Below are positions 22,207 through 35,800 of a DNA stretch of 64,000 nucleotides, piece by piece. Below the pieces are notes generated by a model, which saw only the letters and a program-made list of their open reading frames with translations, did not search any database and was not told the origin of the DNA. Position 1 is the stretch's first letter. Every line of letters begins with the position of its first letter. The translations under genes were made by a program, and so were the position numbers. The DNA comes from Paraphysomonas bandaiensis. Its lineage: Eukaryota; Protista; Chrysophyceae. Where the stretch lies: assembly GCA_965644295.1 (NCBI GenBank), contig CBFFRP010000446.1, forward strand, positions 1-64,000, given 5' to 3'.

Positions 22207-23121
22207 GTCAAGTTAAAAATTAAAGTATGTTGCACATATTAAAATGTTACTGGCTTAATACGCACTCCATGCCATACTACGCGACTACGCAGGCCTTTAG
22301 TAGTCAATATGTGTATGGTTTATGGTTTACCTGCCTCTTGTGTAAAACTACTGATATACTTTGATCATTACTTCACTAGTTCACGTACTATCTGAGAACT
22401 TTCCTCCAGTTCGCTACGAACGATATAGATTCTATTGTTGATCAATATCCTCTTACTGGTATTATTGGCAATGCAACCCCTACAGACACAATTAGAAAGC
22501 AACACTACCTTATCAAGTCAATAGTCTTCTCTGATCAATGAACCCGTTCTAACCTTTGAGAACCGCTCCGGCTCATCCCTTCATGCACTCCAGTTCTGTG
22601 TTTATGAGGGAGCTTTATCCATATCCTCATCCATATCTGCTGTATAAGATATCTGCGGCAAATGCAGGGGATGCGGGGCTAACAGATCATATGAGGATTA
22701 GAGACAGCTGGCACACTATCAAAGAGTGAACTTGACTGGTTGTCAGGAAGCAGCAGTTAATAACGAGAAGCAACAGCTCGAGGAGCGATATGTGTGACCG
22801 CAATCTGGACATATCTACAGCATGTACCTCTATACCACACAAGCAGCAGTACAGCCGTAACTGTACCTATATACTACGTACACATACAGCAGTACACATT
22901 GTATCTGCACATGTACGGTGTACCTGTGCACAATGTACTTCTATACACATATGCTTGTACTACCTGCAACACTATCGTATACCTCCACTGGTAAAACACA
23001 GCAGAGTCGTCGACTCGTATGTACTGCTGCACGAGTGTCGCACATATCCAGCAGGGTGTGATAGTTCTTAGCTCCATCTCCGGCACAGCGATCACCTTCA
23101 ATCTGTATCCCCGTCCCATCA

Positions 23122-25036
23122 ATGGGTTCTTCAGTCCCATCTCCCCCCCCAAAGGCCCTTACAAGAGATAGCTATTGGCTGTGTCGTGTGCTATGTGTGC
23201 GGTACGTGTGCTTCATGTATATGATCGCATTCATCATATGCGTACATCAAGCTAATGCTCTTATCGGGCCCTCTGGACTCACTCCCGCTACAGCATACAT
23301 GGAGAAGATAGGGGCTCGTCTGGGACCCTCTCTGAGGGACAGATTGATGAGTGTTCCGAGTATCTTCTGGCTGATAGAACCCTCTGATGATAACATACAC
23401 ATCATAAGCATGTCAGGGGCTCTGCTATCAGCCATCATTATGTATTGGGGAGCTGCTAACTCAATCGCACTTGCAATTCTTTGGGTTCTATATATGTCTA
23501 TTGTTAATATAGGGCAGACGTGGTATAGTTTCGGATGGGAGTCGCAGCTACTTGAAGTTGGGTTTCTAGCCATATTTTTAGTTCCGTTTATTACAATATC
23601 GCGTTTTCCTGATAATGTACCCATGCCATTTGTGGTTATATGGGGCTACCGTTGGCTCATATTTCGTATTATGTTAGGAGCTGGTCTTATTAAAATACGT
23701 GGGGATTCCTGCTGGCGTGACCTGACATGTATGAACTACCACTATGAAACACAACCTGTTCCGAACCCTCTATCCAGATATCTTCATTTTCTTCCCAATT
23801 CTTTTCATGCCATGGAGACGATGGCCAATCACATAGTTGAACTGGTTCTGCCTTGGCTTATACTAGTTCCTTATCCACGACTAGCCACTATAGTAGGAGG
23901 CATTTGTCAAATACTATTTCAAGTTGTGCTAATATTTTCGGGAAACTTGTCCTTTCTCAACTGGCTTACCATCATGCCCTGCATATGCTGCTTTGATGAC
24001 CACGCACTTTCTTTTATGTTCTCTAAAAAAACTGTAGCGTTGGCTGCTGAGAAACAAATGCGGTGGCTAAATTTCCGGTCTACCCATCTGACATCTCTCC
24101 GCTTCTTTTCTTCAGACAAGTGGCTGCTGAAGGTCAATGTGGTGTGGCGTTGGACAGTTCTGTTGTGCGTTGGTGCTCTGATAGCTACTCTAAGTGTGCC
24201 TGTGGTGCAGAATCTGTTGTCTCCATCACAAGCGATGAATACTTCGTACGACCCGTTTCGCATAGTGAATACATATGGCGCCTTTGGCAGTATTACGAAA
24301 ACCCGAAATGAAGTGGTGCTACAGTATGCTACTGTTAATAGCAGTCGGACTGAAGATTTGCGGTGGGCAGATATTGAGTTCAAGTGTAAACCGGGAGATA
24401 TCAACAGAAGACCTTGCTTAATATCTCCTTACCACTATAGACTTGATTGGCTGATGTAAGTATGTTCTTATCGTTGCTTGAGAAATTGTGGTATTAACTG
24501 TACATTACTACATCACTATACGTTGTGATAGAAATTTTCCTTTGTGGTGTGTTTGTATGCACAATATATATTAACTTGCATTGTAATTGTTAAAGAACTG
24601 ATAATAAGTGATAGTACGTACGGTACGCATATAATGCTTTTCAGTGGTCTACATACTTGTGTTCTTAAGATAATATTACAGGTGGTTTGCAGCGTTTCAG
24701 AGTTATCAGAGCTGCCCATGGTTGGTGCACTTATCCTACAAATTGCTAAAGGGCGATCCAGTGGTCCTGTCATTACTACCTAGAAACAAGCAGTTCACTG
24801 ACGCAATTGCTGTCTCGACCGCGGACCAAGGGTCAGTGCCCTACATCCGGGCCCAGCTTTATGAGTATCACTATTCGGACTACAATTTCATTACTTCATT
24901 AGCAAGCTCGCAAGAAAACGGGTGGGAAACTGGTAAGTGGTGGAAACGAAAAATGGTACGGAATTATATGCCCCCAGTGTCTCTTCAAGACGACTCCGTG
25001 ATAATGTTCCTGCGGCACTATGAATGGATCGATTAA
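23122..25036 (+). CDS. LMF1: Lipase maturation factor family protein (exons 23122-24455, 24682-25036)
   Basis: GQTWYSFGWESQLLEVGFL, GAGLIKIRGDSCWRDLTCMNYHYETQPVPNP and SPYHYRLDWLM|WFAAFQ motifs. Confidence 0.95.
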
Positions 25037-25195
25037 AGTGTCAGGCGATATTGTCTGCTGCTTTTAGTATTCTGTATTATACTAACCGAACATCTCTGGC
25101 TTGCTTAGTGCTAGCGTAATAATATGTACTTTTGTATTCGCACTGGTACTTTTTTGTGGTGTAGTGCTACTCAACAGAATTTAAGGCTCATCTTT

Positions 25196-25440
25196 TTTGC
25201 TGAGTTTTGCTGTTTGTGAGCAATTAAAAGCTGTAGTTTCCAAGATATTAGAATTATATCCGTTACTCAAAGAATACAGTAGTAGCTAGCTGTATTATAA
25301 GAACCAATAATATGATAGCCATTGTAGTGATGAAACTGAAATATACTGACTGGCGCCTGTACAAGATAGTGACTATGTAAGATCGTACTAGAAATGGTTG
25401 GTGTAGTAGAGATAAAAGGAGTTGGTGAACGTCAATGAAT
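25196..25440 (+). repeat. AT-rich dispersed repeat family 2
   Basis: Colinear similarity with 41078-41320 (TGAGTTTTGCTGTTT..TAAAAGCTGTAGTT..TGAAACTGAAATATA..GAAATGRTTGGT). Confidence 0.7.
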
Positions 25441-25780
25441 GAAGTATGGTATCTCTTATAATTATATAATATTCTATATAAGTGTTTATCAAGGTCTTAT
25501 TACTAAAAATGTCACTTTCTAACATTTTTGTGCTTATTAAAGGATAGAATATGAAGTTCGAAAAAGATATCAATATTTATTACATAGTGTAGTGCATTAA
25601 AAATATTCTAGCATGAAATGGTGATAAAAGTCATTACGCATTCTACTACACTACATAGCAAATGTCCTTTCATAACCTTCTCTCTACGTTGAATAACAAA
25701 ACGTTACAGCAAACATATATTCTAGGACCATCAGTCACTAACACGAACAAACACAGCACACTGTTAACACCAGGAGAATG

Positions 25781-28036
25781 CTATTCTGATGCATACTTTT
25801 TGAAGTTCATGACGTGCCCTAGAAGTCCCAGAGCAATTACACAGCAGCTCAGTAGTGTAGCCGCTAACGGGTGTTTCCAATACTTAGACCCCGTTTGCCG
25901 CACCACTGCAGTGCTGCTGCTTACTCCGTGCCGCGGAGATGATGATGATTCGGAAGACCTCTGAGTAGTTGGCGCAATCTCATACGGGCCACCTTGCTGA
26001 TCCAGCCAAACGCCTTCGCTGACGCTATCGCGTATGTTGGCGTGCATATGTTCATAGGCCTCTAAAAACCGGAACAGCATGTCCTGCATGGGGCTATCCA
26101 TGGGATCACACTCGTTAATTACATTTTCTAGAAACCGGCCTAACTTGAACCTTCGCCTTATAGCTACTGTATCTGACATTTTTCGAAAAAATACTTTCCT
26201 TGGAAATTCAATACTTTCCACTGTTTTAGGAGATATATTTTTGAGCATTTTACGAAACCTATGAAATTGGGAATATCGGCGTTTGACCTGCCATGCGAAT
26301 GAGTGCATAAAGTAATGAAGGATAATCGAGGGCATATGAAGTCAAGGTAGTATACATTGCAACAAATTTACAGCACAATATGGAACATTTATTCATGTGC
26401 AAGATGTTGTCACCTGCCATGGCCTGTTGCGCCGACAACTGACACTAATAACGTACACGTGGAAATTGGATCTCCGCTGTGCATCATCAATGATATTTGG
26501 AATAAATATGAGGCATATACATCACACAATGCTGTACAGCAAAAGTGTATATTAACAAAGTCAATATGCATACCTCGACTCCAACAATCTCAGCAGATAT
26601 AATATCCGACACCTTCATTGTAGAATCTTGCAGAGATAAATCATCTTCATCACATGTACTTTCAACTCTCGTTTCAATTTCCTCCTGAATTTCTACATCC
26701 TGAGCAGCAACTTGATCCATCAAAGACCTCAGCTCGTCCTGTAGCCCTGCAGTCTCATAATGAGACACAATACCATCCAGAACCTGAGCATCAAATATGT
26801 TTTAGATTGAACTGTGTGTACGCAATACGTGCACAGAATATACGCCATAAATACCTGGTTAGCCAAATCTGAGCGCTCTTTCAATATAAGAGCATGCCTA
26901 AGAGCAAGGGCCTCATCCAAGCTGAAATCCTCCTTCATCTCCTGCAACCTGCGCATACAAACAAAGTAACGTGCATTATATACACGGATATAAATAGTAC
27001 TCGTCACTTGCAAACTAATATCGGCATATATGTGTGTATTACCTCTGCACGAAGTAGTCCTCCACTTGCTCTACATGCCCTCCAGACTCTGGTTTGAACT
27101 TCATATTCCATGCCACGTCAGTCATCTCGCCTGTGCAGAGGTTAGTTGCATATAAATCTGTCACTCCTATTGCTGTACAATCTATCTAACTTGTGATATA
27201 GATAAGATACATTCACGTACAATAGCTACAATAAAACGCAATAATCTCCAGCCTATATCCACTGTACTTTTTATACCTCCATACTCCTCAGGGATGTTAG
27301 TAATGTCAATGACTTTAGTCATATCCGCCAAAAAATCAGCCCCCAGTATCATGATTTTATTCCTTGTTTTGGGGTCTATAAATGGTTTAAATATCCCGTA
27401 TAAAGCGTGGAAATACCACGGTGAATTGATTATCATAAGTTTGTATAACCTCTCGGGGTAATAGGCCTGGTCCACAGCAAGCACTTGCTTTATATACCAT
27501 ATACTATCCATATCTAGGTTCATAGTGAGGTGCTTCATATCAAACACGATAACAGACTTGGTAACATCCTGTCCCGAATTCTCTGAAGCATATGCTAATC
27601 GACATTCCAGGACCTCATTGGATATAATGTGATACTGGAGCAGCTCGGCTACGGTAAAATGTCGAGTCACCTCATTGAAACGAGACTGAATTAGTCCCGT
27701 TTTCTCCCAATATATCGGATGATTCTCTCTATCGAATCCCTCATGAGCCACTGGTAGCAGATGTGCATATGGATGATTATCCAGAGTGACGGGTGTCGCC
27801 AGCAGCGTCCTGGGGGTTAACCTCAGGCCATAGGGAGGCAGAGGGTCCATGAAACGGCGTCTCCATGCATACCAGTCTTGAATCATGTCTGCGGCTCGTC
27901 TATGAGAGTCTCTTGCGGCTATGAACCGACACACGTCACTGTCAGACACACGGCTGCTAATAGACGGCGACAGCAGAGCCCGCACACTCGAAATGGGGGA
28001 GTCAGGAGGGGTTGAGGGGGACATCGGGTCCGACAT
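25781..28036 (-). CDS. Sec14/CRAL-TRIO + PX domain + C-terminal transmembrane protein (6 exons)
   Basis: YYPERLYKLMIINSPWYF..KPFIDPKTRNKI..IPEEYGG (CRAL-TRIO). Five GT-AG introns keep the frame to WQ|VKRRYSQF..FPRK..RR..L..FL (PX) and a hydrophobic tail. Confidence 0.88.
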
Positions 28037-28298
28037 GGGGGTGGAGGGTATAGGAGATAGATTACAATGCCATCGAGAGTCGTGGTTATATAAGAGAGTG
28101 ACAGAACCCTGCTATACATACATACACATACATAGTGAACACACAGCGATATCTACTGCAGAGCATATATATACACAGTAGAGTACATACACGCATGAGG
28201 TACCTCACACCTCATATGTAGTGTATATGTGAAAATATGGATAAAGTATGAAAATTAGGGATATTTATTTACCTGTATTGGGATTTCCAGTGTGTACT

Positions 28299-29214
28299 TA
28301 TGTATGTATGTATGTATGTATGTATGTATGTATGTATGTATGTATGTATGTATGTATGTATGTATGTATGTATGTATGTATGTATGTATGTATGTATGTA
28401 TGTATGTATGTATGTATGTATGTATGTATGTATGTATGTATGTATGTATGTATGTATGTATGTATGTATGTATGTATGTATGTATGTATGTATGTATGTA
28501 TGTATGTATGTATGTATGTATGTATGTATGTATGTATGTATGTATGTATGTATGTATGTATGTATGTATGTATGTATGTATGTATGTATGTATGTATGTA
28601 TGTATGTATGTATGTATGTATGTATGTATGTATGTATGTATGTATGTATGTATGTATGTATGTATGTATGTATGTATGTATGTATGTATGTATGTATGTA
28701 TGTATGTATGTATGTATGTATGTATGTATGTATGTATGTATGTATGTATGTATGTATGTATGTATGTATGTATGTATGTATGTATGTATGTATGTATGTA
28801 TGTATGTATGTATGTATGTATGTATGTATGTATGTATGTATGTATGTATGTATGTATGTATGTATGTATGTATGTATGTATGTATGTATGTATGTATGTA
28901 TGTATGTATGTATGTATGTATGTATGTATGTATGTATGTATGTATGTATGTATGTATGTATGTATGTATGTATGTATGTATGTATGTATGTATGTATGTA
29001 TGTATGTATGTATGTATGTATGTATGTATGTATGTATGTATGTATGTATGTATGTATGTATGTATGTATGTATGTATGTATGTATGTATGTATGTATGTA
29101 TGTATGTATGTATGTATGTATGTATGTATGTATGTATGTATGTATGTATGTATGTATGTATGTATGTATGTATGTATGTATGTATGTATGTATGTATGTA
29201 TGTATGTATGTATG

Positions 29215-29246
<32 letters not shown>

Positions 29247-30106
29247 TGTGTATGTATGTATGTATGTATGTATGTATGTATGTATGTATGTATGTATGTA
29301 TGTATGTATGTATGTATGTATGTATGTATGTATGTATGTATGTATGTATGTATGTATGTATGTATGTATGTATGTATGTATGTATGTATGTATGTATGTA
29401 TGTATGTATGTATGTATGTATGTATGTATGTATGTATGTATGTATGTATGTATGTATGTATGTATGTATGTATGTATGTATGTATGTATGTATGTATGTA
29501 TGTATGTATGTATGTATGTATGTATGTATGTATGTATGTATGTATGTATGTATGTATGTATGTATGTATGTATGTATGTATGTATGTATGTATGTATGTA
29601 TGTATGTATGTATGTATGTATGTATGTATGTATGTATGTATGTATGTATGTATGTATGTATGTATGTATGTATGTATGTATGTATGTATGTATGTATGTA
29701 TGTATGTATGTATGTATGTATGTATGTATGTATGTATGTATGTATGTATGTATGTATGTATGTATGTATGTATGTATGTATGTATGTATGTATGTATGTA
29801 TGTATGTATGTATGTATGTATGTATGTATGTATGTATGTATGTATGTATGTATGTATGTATGTATGTATGTATGTATGTATGTATGTATGTATGTATGTA
29901 TGTATGTATGTATGTATGTATGTATGTATGTATGTATGTATGTATGTATGTATGTATGTATGTATGTATGTATGTATGTATGTATGTATGTATGTATGTA
30001 TGTATGTATGTATGTATGTATGTATGTATGTATGTATGTATGTATGTATGTATGTATGTATGTATGTATGTATGTATGTATGTATGTATGTATGTATGTA
30101 TGTATG

Positions 30107-30140
<34 letters not shown>

Positions 30141-30141
30141 T
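28299..30141. repeat. (TATG)n microsatellite, ~1.84 kb, between divergent genes
   Basis: About 460 units with only a few interruptions (29217, 29249, 30109). Confidence 0.99.
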
Positions 30142-30233
30142 GCATGTGTATGAGGCTCTTCATCCTCTCTGTACATGCATATTATGCTCCATGGCGAGCA
30201 GTCTCCTTCCATCCATTCAATGCACTAACCTGA

Positions 30234-31956
30234 ATGCTCTCATTCCTTCTGATGCTGTCTATGTTCTCTCGTATGTCAGTGACCGTATCTTATCGCAGCA
30301 GATCTGTGCGCTTGTGTCCCTCTTACGTGACTCACAGACACACACACAGACACACGCCTCCTCCTCTATCTCACCACACACAGGTGCCTCATGTCCTTCC
30401 CTCTCACCCCCCTGTAGATGTCACTATAGCAGAGACTGTTGAGGATATAGACAGGTGGGTATCTGCGCACATGGCCTCCGGGTGTCATGTCGGGTTTGAT
30501 ATCGAGTGGCGCCCGTCTTTCAGGAAGAATATAATAAATAAAGTTGCATTAGTTCAGTTGTCTACTGATTCATCCGTTCTGCTGGTGCAAACGAGACGGT
30601 TTGGACACTTTCCTACTGCTTTAAAGCATGCTTTAGGACGGGAAGGTGTGGTCAAAGTCGGTGTTGGGATCTTAGATGATCTTATGAAGTTAAATAGCGA
30701 CTGCGGTGTCCCTATAGGAGAATTTTTAGATGTCGGCGCTGTCGTAAAGCGAATTGATAATTTAGATAAGACTGGCTTGAAGCATATCATGAAGCACTAT
30801 TTCAAGTATGACCTATTGACCGAGATGTCGTGTAATAATTTCTTTGCAGTGTGGATACAACTAAGCCCAAGCGTGTACAAATGAGTAACTGGGAAATGGC
30901 CATTCTAACATCAGCTCAGATAAAGTATGCATCTCAGGATGCACTAATGGGCCGGTAAGAGTATGTGTGTCCTCCTTTCTCTGTATTTCTGGTGCACACA
31001 ATTTTGTAGCGCTGCGACTTTGATGCAGCTGTTGTGCGTTATGTAAATGGCAAGAGTTCTCACTAATATGGTTTGTGGGTACAATATATATTACCTATAT
31101 TCATACATCACTGGCATCACTGACTGCTAACTGCTAATTTTGCTGACGGTGTCACATAGATTGATGTATACACTTATTCAAGATAAGGTATGGTTCGACC
31201 ACAAGACATCACTATCTGTTCTTATACTTTTCAGAAAATGTTGAACGACGCGTATACAGATGCTGCTATACAGATTATAAGGGATGCACTACTGCCGGTA
31301 ATCGTAGTGTATGTATATCATCTCTTTTGTTACCTACTATGCAGGGGTCCAGGGCAGCTTATAGACAAGCATTTCATATAGCATCGGAATCAAGTACTCT
31401 GATGTCCTATGTACTTGATTATATGAAAAATGAAGAAACGGTTTCTAGTTTGTTATTGAGTCATGACAATCAACCACGTATGGTGAGTAGTATATTTTAC
31501 GACTCTAATCAAAACTAAATGTTCTTTGTCCACATTTTGCGCTATTGTTGAACAATGTTATGACTATATCTTCGTCACAATACAGACTCTCATCTACTCG
31601 CTGTTGTGTGTACATGTAGGCTCTGAGATCGTTTTGCAGTCGCCTTGATTTAGATGTGAGCTGCTTGACCGTCTGCCATTCTCCTTTTTGCGTGAGTGTC
31701 CTCGTTTTTGTAATTCTACATATTGCACATACATGATAAGTGAAACGTAGCACTCATTACATACTGCAAGATTAGATGGTTGATTATGTAATTTGTGCCC
31801 TTTACTCATCTTTTACAGGCTGTGGTGAAGCTCAACGAAACAGTAGTGTGCAAAGTAAATGCAGACACGAACCTGTCGAAATTGGAAAAAAATAAATGTA
31901 TCAACGATATGATAATTGAACTGTTACATCGCTTAATTCATGGTCAAAGGTACTAG
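30234..31956 (+). CDS. WRN/EXD2-type 3'-5' exonuclease (DEDDy), multi-exon; 3' exons approximate
   Basis: VGFDIEW, VALVQLST, KVGVGILDD and SNWE..LTSAQIKYASQDA motifs. Confidence 0.88.
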
Positions 31957-32896
31957 TGTATGTGTCGTAAATATGTCGAGCAATCGTTTTCTGTGATATT
32001 GTGTATGTGTCTACACCAGCTATGAAGTACGCATATGTGATGAAATATATATAGGCATGTAGAGGATCCATGGAGACTACTGCTTCAGTACACAGTCAGA
32101 TATGACTTTAAACATTCGAAGAGCAGTCATGATCTGCCGAAGTTTATTACCGATTTGTATTCACATCCATTGTATTACCGAGGGATAACTTGAGAAGTAT
32201 ATATCACTTAGTCGTTTGTGCTTTGGTGCAGATATTGTATAAAATAAAATAGATAACTAGTCAACTATTGACGTGATTTGTTGAACATTCGTGCTCTCAA
32301 AATAAAGAATTGATCTTAGGAGTAGTAAAACAATGTTGTGATTATTAGAGTGTAAAGTAATGAACACGATAGAGTGAGAATTATGAATAACAATATAAAA
32401 CATAAATATCATACTCAAAGGAAATGTTAGAAGTGTAAGTGATAATGACGACGTTATGATGACGATCATGTATCTTCAACAGATAGTCTCTCTAATTCAG
32501 TTCATGATATATTTCATTGAACATTATAACTCACAGATACCATCTTGTATTAATCTGAATCCTAATACTCAAGTCCTTGACATAATTATATTAAGAGTCA
32601 TCTGTAACTTCTTCATCATCCTATTAATTGTATGACTGACAAACGTAGGTGCATAATGTGCATATTAACACTATAAGCAGCTATCATCTAGCATTACAAA
32701 ATCAGTATACATGCAAAATCAATTATTAAAACATGCTGCCATTGAGTTTCTACACCAGCTCGTTTACACACATCATCATACACTACTATTTATTCGCAAA
32801 ACACATGGAATATGTCGATACAGAAATGTTAACATTCAATATAGCAGTTACAACATACTTTGAACTAATCCACAAAGAGTAGTTCAGTGAAAGACT

Positions 32897-35800
32897 TTAA
32901 AGCATATTGCGCCTCTTCGTCTTGAGCTCCATGGTCTTTTTCTGCCTTGTAGATCTGAAATACGACTGCGGACTGGGATGGTATTTCAAGAGTAATTCTT
33001 CTTCCTTCGCCCTATACGCTTCGAGTCTCGACATTACAACTAGAGAGTCCGCTTCATCTGCGAGCATATCGATAGTTTTGCCAACTCGAGTAAACTTCGG
33101 AGGTGCAGTGCCGCCGTAAGACTGAGCTTTATTCCCGGTCCCCTGCGCCTTGCGTAGCCTTGTAGCATTCGGAGTTGTCGCATCGTTCGAGTGACTTGAA
33201 TATGTGGAAGGAACACTACAACTCTGCACAAAATTCCTTCTACTGTCCGCTTCTTTCGGTGTGGTTAATGACGGAAAAGTCGTTCCTAGCTTATAATTAG
33301 GTTTCTTAGGAGTGCTCGATAACATAGTCTCAATAGGAGGTAGGAGTGAGGACGCACTTTTCGATACCGTGCTGTTCCGCAGTCTCTTTACAAGCGACCC
33401 TCTGCTAATAACAGACGAGCTGTTAGACTTCATTCCATGATGCGGAAGCGTGCGAGAAACGGCACTGGGGAAATTAGCATCTTCTGAGTACATCAGGTTC
33501 GGGGCATCGTCCAACTCCCCATCCCTGTCAGGGTTCGAGTCTGATCGCATAATTTGCGTGTTCCTCATAACACTTGCCACAGAAGGAGAAGAATCACCAA
33601 AGGTACTGTCAAGAGTGTTCACACTAGCATATTTTTGTTTTTTCATAAAATCAGCTAGTTTTTGAATGATTTCATCTACAGGAAGGGCTTGACATACCAG
33701 CACTAACTCGTGTTTGAAGGTCTTGTCATTCAGTTGCCCTAAAGCCTCACCCACGCTTCCACTAGTTTGTGCCAGGGCACAAAATGCCCCCGCACGAGTC
33801 AGCGGTTCTGGATAAGCCCTTTGCAACGAATGTATGGCTTTGTCCAGTTGCGCTGGTGACGAAAAAGCCCGTAGACAAGCTCGTAATTTACTCTTCCAAA
33901 TAGCCAAGTAGGCACATGTTCCAGTAGAATAACCCATCTGCAAGAAACTTAATATCGATTCGTCAAACATCGGCTCCTCAGAGTCAGCGGCGGTAGCGTC
34001 AGACGCATGCAAGAAATCAACAGGATTGCGCTTTCCCTTTCCGATTGTGCTGAGTTGATTCATTGACTTCATTGTGGCCATTTTAGATTCCCAATTTTGT
34101 ACTTTCTGAGACGGCAAAGATGACAGCAAAGGTGCGGGTTGGGAAATATTTGGTGATAGTGGAGGGGAGTCAGCCCCTCCTGCCACACTGCTCGTCGACC
34201 TCGACATAGCACCTGCAGACATATCATCCTGAACAGGCGCAGGGGCAACAGAGACACCAGTGAAAGATTTTAGAGTGTCAACCAAGTCGCTCGGATTCTC
34301 GGTAAATTTTTCGTCTTTTAACTGCTGATCTAGTAATGCTTTTAACTTTAATTCCAGAGCGTCATCCAAGCCGTCACCACCTTCACTGGGCATTGGTACG
34401 AGAGGGGATATCGACTGTCTCCTCCTACTCGGAGGGGCGGATGTCATAAACATTGGGACACTTCCACGCCGCGATCCCTCAGATTTGAGTTTCGGGCGGG
34501 TTGGTGGCAGAGGTGAGCGCGATGATGGGCCACGCGAAAGGGTCCCTTTTGAAGGAGGCACATCTATAATTGGTGGAGAGGCGGACCTAGCTAGCACTAC
34601 ATCGTCTTCCTCATCTTCAGATGACTGAGGCGATATCACGCTCTCTTGTTTTTCGATAGGTCCAGAAGCCGATGAGATGGTCGATATTCTACGTTTAGCG
34701 GGAACGGGGTTTAGCCTAGCGGCTTCTACCCGCTCCTTAAGGTACGCATGTGCGTTGCGACGGGTGACTTCATGTTTTGCCTTCGCTGCGCGTTCCATTA
34801 AGTAATCCATTGCTTCCAGTCGCTGACCTTGGAAGGCCAAAAATATCGCTGCCTGAACATTAACGGGCTGTCTGACAGGTATCTCATCAATGGCTACAGC
34901 GGTTCTATACGTCTGAATTTCATCCATTGATACGTACGGGTCATCGTCTATGTTCGACAGCTCTTCTATTTTCAACAACGTTATGTTGTTGTGATCCACT
35001 TGAGGAGCTTGATACACAAAAGGGAGCCGCTCTTCTTCCAACTCATCGCTTAGCTTAATGGCTTCATACTCTTTCAGTTTCTCTGGATCTTCTTCATAAA
35101 AACTTCGATTGGCTAAAATTTCTGCCTCAACAATGGCATCTCCAGCCCTTGCATCAAGATATAAGTATGCGCGATCACGTGCAGAACATATATCGAGCAC
35201 TTCAGCAACGGACGCTTCGTCTAACACGGACTTTTCTGCAGTATCATTAAGGGTAACTAGTATGATATCCTCCTTATTTTTACTAACTTCCAATGGAAGT
35301 TCCAATTTTCCACCAAATAGAGGAAGAATGTGTGTATAAGGTAATGCATTCTGCCCAAGGATATCATCAAACTGTGTTCTCAAAGTTCCTAATGTATGCG
35401 CTAATATCGGTAAAAGTGAAGGTAACTTCTCAGCATCTCCAAAACTAATCGGCAGCTTGAACAAAAATAACTCTTCGGATTCCAGTGAGAGAAAACGAAC
35501 AGTTAGTCCTGTACAGTCTCCAGACAACACAAGAGAAGCATTGTAGAAATAGTAACATCCATAGTGTCTCAATGCACCTTTCCGAGACCACTCGACAAAT
35601 TGGACAGCATTCGCATCGCGTGCATTCGCAAGGGCAGATTCCAAAGTCTCTCCCACAGACACATCGACTCCCTCCACAGATGCATCAGCTCCCTTATCAG
35701 ATACCACTGACTTCCCATCAGCTCCTTCCACAGATGCATCAGCAGCCTTATCTGATACCACTGATTTGTCATCAGCTCCCTCCACAGATATATCAGCTCC

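Noticed and set aside
22380-22790. Possible LINE RT relic (CQLSLIL and AFAADI on the minus strand)
   Set aside because: Motifs are too degenerate and in broken frames to support without a profile search.
28299-30141. Interstitial telomere or centromere repeat
   Set aside because: No G-run telomeric motif, and the arrays recur every few kb between genes in both orientations.
19336-30442. Long (MYVC)n and (HTYI)n ORFs, also at 15196-15598, 45934-46479, 49243-49958 and 54014-54871
   Set aside because: Automatic result of a stop-free tetranucleotide repeat; no coding evidence.
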